Shown one piece after another: positions 48,319 to 56,918 of a stretch of 64,000 bases of DNA. The stretch is from the IMG/VR virus record IMGVR_UViG_2630968879_000020, positions 1 through 64,000 of that record; one strand, written 5' to 3'. The notes under the pieces are model-generated. The model saw only the letters and a program-made list of their open reading frames with translations, was not told the origin of the DNA and did no database searches. Numbering within the stretch: position 1 is the stretch's first letter; every line of letters starts with the position of its first letter. The position numbers and the translations under genes are program-made. This stretch comes from a virus. Taxonomy: Duplodnaviria; Caudoviricetes.

Positions 48319-48809
48319 TGGCAGGTTCAAAAGTTGAAAATATTAAGCTAGGTGCATGTAACGTTTCTTTCAAAGGCGTTGATTTGGGTTATACCAAAGG
48401 CGGTGTAGAGGTGGAGGTTACTACTGACACACTGAAAGTGACGGTTGACCAGTTTGGTGAAACCACCGTTTCTGAACTGATTCAGGGGCGTAATATCAAA
48501 GTCACTGTACCACTGGCAGAAACTGTCCTTGAACGTCTGGCTACCGTAATGCCGGGGAGTGAAGTCGGCGGTGCGGGTGACGAAATTACCATCAAGACGG
48601 GTATTGGCATCAACCTTGTTGAAGTCGCTGAATCTCTGGTTCTGACACCGCTCAACAAAGATGATTACGTCCTGACTCTGCCACGTACTGCTACAGCAGG
48701 TAGCTTCACCATGGCATACAAGCATGATGATGTTCGTGTGTTCAATATTGAATTTAATGCTTACCCTGATGACAGTGGTGTATTGGGGAAAATGGCAAAA
48801 AAAAAGTAG
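48318..48809 (+). CDS. Major tail tube protein (probable -1 frameshift extension to 48880)
   Basis: LGYTKGGVE, VDQFG; ends A AAA AAG TAG. Confidence 0.88.
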   Translation: MAGSKVENIKLGACNVSFKGVDLGYTKGGVEVEVTTDTLKVTVDQFGETTVSELIQGRNIKVTVPLAETVLERLATVMPGSEVGGAGDEITIKTGIGINLVEVAESLVLTPLNKDDYVLTLPRTATAGSFTMAYKHDDVRVFNIEFNAYPDDSGVLGKMAKKK

Positions 48810-48915
48810 TTACTGAATCTGCTTCTAAAGATAAAAAATCTGAGGGAAGCAAAGTTCAGAATAATCAATCTGTGGCATAGCGCGATACAAACCAAGATTA
48901 ATTAATTTGATCTGG

Positions 48916-48933
48916 TAAGTATGTTTATACCTA
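48916..48933. promoter_or_regulatory. Phage-plasmid operator
   Basis: TAAGTA-TGTTTA-TACCTA. Confidence 0.75.
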
Positions 48934-48984
48934 TTATATTATAGGGCTTCTATTTGAAGCCCTTTTTATTACATGGAGTTTAAG

Positions 48985-49302
48985 ATGGCAAAATTACTTG
49001 ACCTTGATGCAATTGCCCCAAAACCTAAAGAAGTCACTTTGCGTGGCGTAAATTACAAAATGTCACCAATGACAGTTGGCCTGTTTGTACTGGCGCAGCA
49101 ATTCCAATCGCAGGATATTGAAAATCAAACTCCTGCTGAGCAATTAAAGGCAGGTATTGAGATTGTTCGCAAGCTGCTACCTGAAATGCCGGAAGCAGAA
49201 ATAGATAATCTGACTCCAGAACAGGTTCAGCAAATTGTTCTCTTTGCATTTCAGGAAGGTGAAGAAACCAATGAACGTCACGCTGGAGAAGACGCAAAGT
49301 AA
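48985..49302 (+). CDS. Tail assembly chaperone (G-like)
   Basis: Lies between the tail tube and tape measure genes. Confidence 0.8.
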   Translation: MAKLLDLDAIAPKPKEVTLRGVNYKMSPMTVGLFVLAQQFQSQDIENQTPAEQLKAGIEIVRKLLPEMPEAEIDNLTPEQVQQIVLFAFQEGEETNERHAGEDAK

Positions 49303-49652
49303 TAACCCGTCAAGAAAGCGGAGTCGAGATTGTTTCTATCGATTTTGGTTTCTACTTTTGTCGTGTTGTTGCTTTTTATGGCGAAACCACGGAATCGGTT
49401 ATCGCCATGCCGCTTGAACGGTTCTGGTTATTAAGTCGAAACATAGACCGCATCAAGTCAGAAGATGATATTCGTCGCTTGCAGACAGCAAGGGTTGCCC
49501 AGGCAACGGCGGATAGTTACACGGCATTTGAGAAAAGTTTACAGCAGCGATTGGGGCAGCCGGTCATTATGAAAAAGGTGTTGTCACCTTTCCATGCCGA
49601 GGCTGATCCAGATGCCGAATTGAAATTAAGGAATATATTCGGTAGGAGCTAA
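49296..49652 (+). CDS. Tail assembly chaperone frameshift extension (T-like)
   Basis: -1 frame open from the G stop region through 49652. Confidence 0.75.
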   Translation, partial: KVITRQESGVEIVSIDFGFYFCRVVAFYGETTESVIAMPLERFWLLSRNIDRIKSEDDIRRLQTARVAQATADSYTAFEKSLQQRLGQPVIMKKVLSPFHAEADPDAELKLRNIFGRS

Positions 49653-49654
49653 GG

Positions 49655-52600
49655 ATGGCTGACTCATTAGGTTTTCGATTGTCGCTGGACAGCAAAGAGT
49701 TTGAGATAAAGATCGATAATGCGGGTCGTTTACTCAATCGTCTCTCCAATCAAGGTACAAAAGCCAGTACGGGTGTTAAGCGTTTAGAGGGCGGGTTTAG
49801 AGGTTTTGGTCGCACGTTGTCAGATACGATTACTACAATCGGTATGGCATCTTTTGCAATTGGAACACTAAAGACTGCCTTTTTTGATTGGCAAAAAACC
49901 ATTCTTGATAGCGCAGGAAAATTAGAACGCCTGCAAGTCATGTTACAAGGCTTGGCGACATCTTCGGATAAAGCAGCCGAGTCAATGCGAGACTTCCAAT
50001 ACATTATTTCATCGGCAAAACAAGCTCCTTTTTCTATTGATGCTATTTCAGATAGCTTCGTTAAATTAAAATCATCAGGAATAGATCCAACCAAAGGTTC
50101 TATGCAAGCTCTGGTTGACGCAACTGCTCGATTTGGTGGTGATAGTGAGCTTTTGAAACGGGCTACAATTGCAATCCAACAAATGTCTGGTAAAGGCGTT
50201 GTCTCGATGGAAGAACTTCGTCAACAACTTGGTGAAGCAATCCCTACCGCGATGCAATCAATGGCATTAGGTATGAACGTGTCAATGGCTGAATTGGTTA
50301 AAGCAGTTTCTAGCGGCTCTGTTCGTTCAAAAGATGCTATTGAATCAATGATGAACATTTTGGAAGCCTCATACGGCGGCTCTGCCAAGCGAATGATGAA
50401 CACCTATGTTGGTTTGTTATCACAAATGCAAACTAACGCCGCCCTTTTAGCCAAATCCATTGGTGACTCTGGTTATATGGATGCCGTTAAAGATGCAATT
50501 CGAGATATAAACAGCTTATTGGGTAGTAACGCGGCTGTTTACTATGGAGAGCAATTTGGCAAGATGGTTAAGGAAATTATTGACGCCTCTAAAGAAATGC
50601 TTGTTTGGATATTTAATAACAAAGAAATGCTACTGTCTTTAGGCTCAGCATTAATGCATATCGCTGGCGGTGTACTTGTTCTGTCCTTTTTTAAGTCAAT
50701 AACTGGTGCGTTAACAGGTTTTAACAGAATGATCGCAACGACTGTGACAAGTTCTGGCGGTCTAGCAAGACAAATGGTTTTAATCTCTCAACGTGCTTCT
50801 GGCATGGGGCAAAATCTTAACCTTGGAACAATTGCCATTGGAAGAATGAAACATGCTTGGCGTGGTTTAGACGCTGCTATGAAAGCCAATGCGATTATCT
50901 TTGCGGTTACTACGATTATCGAGGTTCTTGCTTTACTTGCATGGTGGTATGACAAAGTAAATGAAAGAGCCAAAAACGCGATGGAGACGGCTAAAAATAC
51001 GCCTGAATTGGTGACTGATGAACAAATGGAGGACTTAAAAAAAGCAAAGGAGAACCAATTAAAAGAATTAGAGGAAATTGAAAGAAAAATAAAATATCAG
51101 CAAGAGCTTATGCAACCTGCTTTAGAATATAAAAAGAGTGGTAAATCTCCCAACGAAGAAGCGTTGAATCAAGCTTTGGAAGTAGAAAAAGCCTTATTAA
51201 AGGAAAAAGAAAAAATTGCTGGAAAATTACAAAAATTACAAGATGCTTTAACTAATACCGAAATCGCTAAAGCTAAAATTGCGTATGAAAGAAAACTATC
51301 CCAACTTGAGAATAGTATTGAAAGAGAAGATGGGGTCAGAAAATCAGAGTTAAGATCCAAACTTGAGGCTCTTAATGCTGAAATGGTAGCGAAACTCAAC
51401 GCGGTAAAAAATGATACTGCGTTGCAACTTTCTATCCGGAAGGAATACGGTGAGAAAATGGGGGTTTTGTACAATGAGGAATTAGAACGTGGTAAAGAAA
51501 GTATTACCAAACAGGCAGATTTAACTCGAACTGAAATTAATCGCGTAATGAAAGAGTTAACTAAAGTTCGGACTCGGGCTGGAAATAATACAACTGATAT
51601 TCAGAAACAGCAGATTACTCAACTTGAAAACCAGCTATTATCCGCCACTAACTCTCTAAATAATTATGAAAAAATGTATCAAACCACCCTTGAACGTATA
51701 ACCAATTCTGCAAAGATGTTTATGGGGTCGATGATAGGTATTAATGGTGAGGCTATAGATGCTACATCCGATGCCCTCGGTGATAAATTAAAAACTATAG
51801 AGGATTCGAGCCGTAGAAATTCCGCATCAGCACGTTTAGGTAATGGTGAGAAAATAAAGACAATCGATGGTAGAACCGCCACCTCACAACAAGAATTGCA
51901 GACTCATTACAATATAGTGGATGCGCTTAAAGAAGAAAAAATTAACGTTGATAATCTTGAAGTTGCCTATAAAAATTTAAGTAAAAGTCATAAAGCAAGT
52001 ATAGATGCAGCAATGGCAAACGCACGTATGGCGGGTAATGCTGCGAATGAAAAGAAGGATAACTCCAAAGCTGAAAAAGCTAAACGTGAAGCTGAACGTA
52101 TGGCTGAGGCACATCGTAAGATCTTGAGCGATGCTGATGCTATGTCGGCAAAGATCGGTTTTGGGAGCCAAGAGGTTGTTAAATATAATCAATCATTAGA
52201 TGAATTGAGAAAAAGCCTTGAAAAACTCTCCAAGGCCTCTCCACAAGAAGGAATTTTGTCTCAAGAGCAGATAGATGATGCCACAGCGTGGTTGGCGGAA
52301 ATCAAAGCTGAAATAGAAAACGATGATTATCTAAATGCTTTGGCAAAAAACTCTGCTGATCAACTTATTTCAAAATGGGCGGGGTTTGCGAATACAGTTA
52401 AAGGTAATATGACACAATCCATTGCAGAAATGCGTAGCGAGTTTGAAAAGAATTACCAAGCAGCCGATAATTATTTTGCCAAGATTATCAAGGCAAATGA
52501 AAAAAATACCGAAGTTTATGAATATCTAGAAGCAGAGCAAGCAAAATTCCACGCTGGCAAAGAAGAAGCAATGGTGCGTATGACTGAAACCGCTACGGCG

Positions 52601-53695
52601 AAAATGGCATATGATTACCAGAATCTGGGTAAGTTAATTGACGATAATTTCAAGAATATTTTCGATAACCTCGAAGATAAGCTTATGGAATTTCTTGATA
52701 CCGGTAAATTTAATATTGCTGATTTCGGTAATTTTATTTTTAAAGAGCTTCAACGTAGTTTTATCCGTAGCATGGTTATTTCACCGATGATTAACGGGCT
52801 AGGCTTAGGTGCTGGCGGAGAGACTGGCGAGAGCTTCATCTCAAAAATCGGTGGCGCGATGGGGGGCATGTTCGGTGGTTCTAGTGCTAATGAAGGTGAC
52901 GATGGCATTGCCAAATCTACTCAAGCTCTCGGTAAGGCGGCTACTGAAACAACTGGTGCACTGGAGACAATGCAATCAGAAGGTATCTTCTCTACTATTG
53001 CCGGTTATGCGCAACAATTATGGGCAATGATCGCTGGTACAACCGCAACCCAAACAAAATCAGCCGCTGATGTTTCAGCTACCACAACAGTTACTTCATT
53101 TGCAATTGCATTAGGTTTGGCAAGAAGTGCCGTTATAAGTTTCATGGCATCCCTGATGACAAGTAGTTCAGCAAGTAGTGCTAGTTCTATTGTATCAATG
53201 GTAGGAACAATCGGGTCAGCAGCAGCTTCTGCATATGGCGGAGGAGCAGGGGCGGCTGGTGCAGCAGGATCTGCGGCTAATACGGGGGCAATGGGAATGT
53301 CAACCAATTGGCAAGCCTATACATCCTCTTTTGCAAAAGGCGGCATAATGGGGTCGTTGGGGGAAGTTCCGCTAAAAACCTATTCCAAAGGTGGCATTGC
53401 CACTTCACCTCAGTTAGCCCTCTTTGGTGAGGGGGCGCACAATGAAGCTTATGTACCTTTACCTGATGGCCGCCGTATTCCTGTGAATATGAACATTGCT
53501 GGTGACGACATCGGAGCTGGTTCAGATAAAAATGTAATCATTTCTATCTCTGTAGTAAATCAGGGAGGGGATAGCAATGAGGAAAGTAATTCCAGTAATG
53601 AATCGGCATGGAACGAGACGGCTCAAAAAATTAAATCCATTGTTATTGAAACAATGACTGAAGAAAAACGCCCAGGTGGTATGTTAACGGAGTAA
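49655..53695 (+). CDS. Tail tape measure protein
   Basis: 1346 aa helical; QMSGKG..SMEELRQQLGE; C-terminal FAKGG, GE...EAYVPL, RPGGML. Confidence 0.95.
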   Translation: MADSLGFRLSLDSKEFEIKIDNAGRLLNRLSNQGTKASTGVKRLEGGFRGFGRTLSDTITTIGMASFAIGTLKTAFFDWQKTILDSAGKLERLQVMLQGLATSSDKAAESMRDFQYIISSAKQAPFSIDAISDSFVKLKSSGIDPTKGSMQALVDATARFGGDSELLKRATIAIQQMSGKGVVSMEELRQQLGEAIPTAMQSMALGMNVSMAELVKAVSSGSVRSKDAIESMMNILEASYGGSAKRMMNTYVGLLSQMQTNAALLAKSIGDSGYMDAVKDAIRDINSLLGSNAAVYYGEQFGKMVKEIIDASKEMLVWIFNNKEMLLSLGSALMHIAGGVLVLSFFKSITGALTGFNRMIATTVTSSGGLARQMVLISQRASGMGQNLNLGTIAIGRMKHAWRGLDAAMKANAIIFAVTTIIEVLALLAWWYDKVNERAKNAMETAKNTPELVTDEQMEDLKKAKENQLKELEEIERKIKYQQELMQPALEYKKSGKSPNEEALNQALEVEKALLKEKEKIAGKLQKLQDALTNTEIAKAKIAYERKLSQLENSIEREDGVRKSELRSKLEALNAEMVAKLNAVKNDTALQLSIRKEYGEKMGVLYNEELERGKESITKQADLTRTEINRVMKELTKVRTRAGNNTTDIQKQQITQLENQLLSATNSLNNYEKMYQTTLERITNSAKMFMGSMIGINGEAIDATSDALGDKLKTIEDSSRRNSASARLGNGEKIKTIDGRTATSQQELQTHYNIVDALKEEKINVDNLEVAYKNLSKSHKASIDAAMANARMAGNAANEKKDNSKAEKAKREAERMAEAHRKILSDADAMSAKIGFGSQEVVKYNQSLDELRKSLEKLSKASPQEGILSQEQIDDATAWLAEIKAEIENDDYLNALAKNSADQLISKWAGFANTVKGNMTQSIAEMRSEFEKNYQAADNYFAKIIKANEKNTEVYEYLEAEQAKFHAGKEEAMVRMTETATAKMAYDYQNLGKLIDDNFKNIFDNLEDKLMEFLDTGKFNIADFGNFIFKELQRSFIRSMVISPMINGLGLGAGGETGESFISKIGGAMGGMFGGSSANEGDDGIAKSTQALGKAATETTGALETMQSEGIFSTIAGYAQQLWAMIAGTTATQTKSAADVSATTTVTSFAIALGLARSAVISFMASLMTSSSASSASSIVSMVGTIGSAAASAYGGGAGAAGAAGSAANTGAMGMSTNWQAYTSSFAKGGIMGSLGEVPLKTYSKGGIATSPQLALFGEGAHNEAYVPLPDGRRIPVNMNIAGDDIGAGSDKNVIISISVVNQGGDSNEESNSSNESAWNETAQKIKSIVIETMTEEKRPGGMLTE

Positions 53696-53698
53696 CTC

Positions 53699-54031
53699 AT
53701 GGAACGGAAAACCTTTAAGTGGCATCCAAAATTTGAATCGCGTAAAAACTTCAAACCGACAATAAGCAAGCAGACGTTTGATGATGGTTATGAGCAACGA
53801 TTAACGTCAGGGTTCAATTGGCGAAAATACGAATGGAATTTGGTATTTGAGGGGGCGTATCCCCTCATTCAAGAAATAGAGGATTTTCTTTACGAACATG
53901 GCGGAAAAGATTTATTTAATTGGGTATCCCCAGATAAAAAACCTTATTTGATTGTATGTGAAGATTTTAATGTTACAAGAAATACAGGGAGTGCAACCTT
54001 AACAGCGACATTCAGACAAGTGTTTGAGTAA
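53699..54031 (+). CDS. Minor tail protein M-like (Dit)
   Basis: FDDGYEQR, FLYEHGG, ATFRQV. Confidence 0.9.
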   Translation: MERKTFKWHPKFESRKNFKPTISKQTFDDGYEQRLTSGFNWRKYEWNLVFEGAYPLIQEIEDFLYEHGGKDLFNWVSPDKKPYLIVCEDFNVTRNTGSATLTATFRQVFE

Positions 54032-54083
54032 AACTGTGCTTATCCCAATACGGGAATAGTATGATTTCAAGGAGAGAAACGTA

Positions 54084-54791
54084 ATGACAGGAAAGTCAAT
54101 CAGACAGCACATTCAACTATTATCACCTGAATCTATCTTTGAGTTTTTTATTATCGATCTGCCTAAGAATACGGGCGGAGGTAGATTTTATTTTCACGCT
54201 GGTACAAATGATCTGAACCAACCTGTTGTATGGCAGGGAAAGATCTATCAACCTATGCCGATAAAGGCAACAGGCTTTGATATTAGCGGAGAAGGTAAAC
54301 TTCCAAGACCTAAGTTAAAAGTTGTTAATCTGCATGGATTGATTTCTGCTGAGCTGCAAACTAAAGACGACTTGTTAGGTTGTCAGGTGACACGCAAACG
54401 AACGATGCAATGTTTTCTTGATGCAGAGAATTTTCCTGATGGTGTCAATCCTGATGCAAATCCCGAACAGCATTTTCCTGATGATGTGTGGTTTATCGAT
54501 CAGAAAACTATTGAAACCTGCGAAATAGTGGAGTTTGAACTGGCGTCAGTTTATGACCTGATGGGAGTACAGCTTCCTAACCGACAAGTGATCCGTAATT
54601 CCTGTCAGTGGGATTATCGTGGGGCGGAGTGTGGATATACTGGCCCCGCTTTTGATAAAGATGACAAACCAACTTCCATCGCTGGAGCAGATTTTTGTCC
54701 TAAGCGATTATCTAGTTGCCGAGCGCGGAAGAATTACTTTGCTGATGGCATCATTATGTTTGGCGGTTTTCCGGGAGCGACACGAGCATGA
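54084..54791 (+). CDS. Minor tail protein L-like
   Basis: CQWDYRGAECGY, C..RLSSC, FGGFPG. Confidence 0.93.
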   Translation: MTGKSIRQHIQLLSPESIFEFFIIDLPKNTGGGRFYFHAGTNDLNQPVVWQGKIYQPMPIKATGFDISGEGKLPRPKLKVVNLHGLISAELQTKDDLLGCQVTRKRTMQCFLDAENFPDGVNPDANPEQHFPDDVWFIDQKTIETCEIVEFELASVYDLMGVQLPNRQVIRNSCQWDYRGAECGYTGPAFDKDDKPTSIAGADFCPKRLSSCRARKNYFADGIIMFGGFPGATRA

Positions 54792-55561
54792 TCCAAGAAA
54801 TGATGAGTACATCTCTGTACTTGGAAATGCAACAGGCCGCCGTCACAGCTTATCCAAACGAAGCCTGTGGGTTGTTGGTCAACACTAAAGGAACTAAGTA
54901 TGAGCTTGTGTTGTGTAAAAACGTTGCGGAAGACCCCGTTAATTTTTTTGTGATGAATGCAGAAGATCAAATAGCAGCAGAAAAAAGGGGGGAAGTCGTA
55001 GGGGTGTGGCATAGCCATACGGATGGAACTAATAAAGCCAGTGAAGCAGATATGGCAGGTTGTGAAGCCTCAGAACTTCCTTGGCTTATCATCAATGTGA
55101 CAAAAAATTATAACCCTGAAATTGACAGTGAATTCATCATCAGTGATGTGAATGTCATTTCTCCGAATGGCTTTGAAATGCCTTATGAGGGAAGACCTTA
55201 CGCTTTTGGAGTATTTGATTGTTGGATGTTATGTCGCGATTACCTCAAGCGAGAATTTAATATTCAGGTGGGAGCATGTTCGCATCTGCATATCCCTAAT
55301 TGGTGGGATGGCGATAAAGATATTCTCAGTGACAACATCACTGAACAGGGATTTATTAAGCTGCCTTACGGAACACAGCCAAAACGTGGTGATCTATTTC
55401 TTATGAAAATAGGAGCTAAGATGCCGGATCATTGTGCAGTTTATATCGGTGATAACCTGATTTTGCATCATCAATCTAACCGGCTAAGTTGTAAGGCAAT
55501 TTACGGTGGTATGTATCAGAAAACAACGATCCATCATTTACGGCATAAGGAATTGCTATGA
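54788..55561 (+). CDS. Tail assembly protein K-like (JAB plus NlpC/P60)
   Basis: YPNEACG, HSH, DCW, HCAVY. Confidence 0.93.
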   Translation: MIQEMMSTSLYLEMQQAAVTAYPNEACGLLVNTKGTKYELVLCKNVAEDPVNFFVMNAEDQIAAEKRGEVVGVWHSHTDGTNKASEADMAGCEASELPWLIINVTKNYNPEIDSEFIISDVNVISPNGFEMPYEGRPYAFGVFDCWMLCRDYLKREFNIQVGACSHLHIPNWWDGDKDILSDNITEQGFIKLPYGTQPKRGDLFLMKIGAKMPDHCAVYIGDNLILHHQSNRLSCKAIYGGMYQKTTIHHLRHKELL

Positions 55562-56208
55562 GTGAAAAGATAAAAGAACCTAATCTCGTTACATTTGAAT
55601 TTGGCGGCGTGTTGGGCAAGAAATTTGGCAAAGAGCACAAGGTAAAATGCACGACGGTACGACAAGGAGTCAGCATTATTAACTGCAACAGACAAGGGTT
55701 GCTCGCTTGGATGAAACAGAATGCCCGAAAGTACCAGAAATACCATATCCGTGTGACGAGAGCCAATGGCGCAACACGCGAAATGAGCGAAACCGAATAC
55801 CAGATGGAAAATAACGGGGACATGGTTCATGTTTGTATTACACCTATTTATCGTGGTGCTGGCGCTAAGGCTATGAGTATTGTTCAGGTCGTTGTTGGTG
55901 TAGCGTTAATGATAGCTTCAATTTGGCTCGGTCCAGCAGCTTTTATGGCTGGTCTTTCCATGTTGGCAAGTGGTGTAGTCGGTCTTTTGTCAAAACAACC
56001 GAAGCCAAACACGGGAGGGGCGGATAACCGCAAAAACTCAACTTATTTTGACGGTCCTGAAAATACGGTGGAACAAGGGGCACCCGTGCCTCTTATTTAC
56101 GGCGAAGAAATCCTTGTTGGCTCTCAGTTAATCAGCCTTAAACTGTCCGTAGAACAGCTAGTACCTGATCCGCCAGAACCCAAGAAGATTAAAGCTTTAG
56201 TGGCTTAA
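55558..56208 (+). CDS. Tail assembly protein I-like
   Basis: QGAPVPLIYGE..VGS. Confidence 0.9.
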   Translation: MSEKIKEPNLVTFEFGGVLGKKFGKEHKVKCTTVRQGVSIINCNRQGLLAWMKQNARKYQKYHIRVTRANGATREMSETEYQMENNGDMVHVCITPIYRGAGAKAMSIVQVVVGVALMIASIWLGPAAFMAGLSMLASGVVGLLSKQPKPNTGGADNRKNSTYFDGPENTVEQGAPVPLIYGEEILVGSQLISLKLSVEQLVPDPPEPKKIKALVA

Positions 56209-56225
56209 AAACCAAAAGAGGCTAA

Positions 56226-56525
56226 TTAAAGCCTCTTTTTCACAATTTCATACACTTCATTCCGATTACGTTTTCCAATTGTTACAACGATAATAATTAG
56301 TTTTTTGTCTACGACTTCATAAACCAGTCTGTAACCAGATGCCTTGGACTTAATCTTGTAACAGTTTGGCATACCGCTTAGTTTCGCTGATGGAATATAT
56401 GGATTAATTGTTAAGGCTTTTAATTTTTTGGCGAATTGTTGTTGAATGTTCGAGCGAAGTTTTTTCCACTCTTTTACCGCATCTTCTCTAAACTTTATTT
56501 TGTATGTCCTATCCTTGTTGCTCAT
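56226..56525 (-). CDS. relE: RelE/StbE toxin
   Basis: CYKIKSKASGYRLVYEV. Confidence 0.92.
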   Translation of the reverse strand: MSNKDRTYKIKFREDAVKEWKKLRSNIQQQFAKKLKALTINPYIPSAKLSGMPNCYKIKSKASGYRLVYEVVDKKLIIIVVTIGKRNRNEVYEIVKKRL

Positions 56526-56773
56526 AGATATTCATCCAAATCAATATCTACAAGATCCTGATTCTTACGCGCCTCTACAATTTGAATTAATTCCTTATCT
56601 TCCAGTTGATCTAATAAGCTTTCGTAAATATCAGCCGGAACACAATAGAATGCAGGCTTGTTGCGATTTAAGATAGCAACAGGATAACCTTCACCTGAAC
56701 TAACAGTAGCCATTGGATTTTTTTTTAACTCACTAACGCTCGCTGTCACATTACTTAGGATAACTTGAGGCAT
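56522..56773 (-). CDS. StbD/YafN antitoxin
   Basis: ASVSELKKNPM, AILNRNKPAFY. Confidence 0.92.
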   Translation of the reverse strand: MPQVILSNVTASVSELKKNPMATVSSGEGYPVAILNRNKPAFYCVPADIYESLLDQLEDKELIQIVEARKNQDLVDIDLDEYL

Positions 56774-56878
56774 ATTTCAACTCCTTAAAAGACCAGTTAA
56801 TAAGTCATATTATAGTTATAAAAGACTGAATAACAAGTCTCTTTAAATTGTATTAGCATATTGCATTGTCTATTATAA

Positions 56879-56896
56879 TATGTATTTGGATACCTA
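56879..56896. promoter_or_regulatory. Phage-plasmid operator just downstream of a TTGCAT/TATAAT-like promoter region
   Basis: TATGTA-TTTGGA-TACCTA upstream of J. Confidence 0.7.
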
Positions 56897-56918
56897 TTTT
56901 TGTGATATGGAGGTTACA

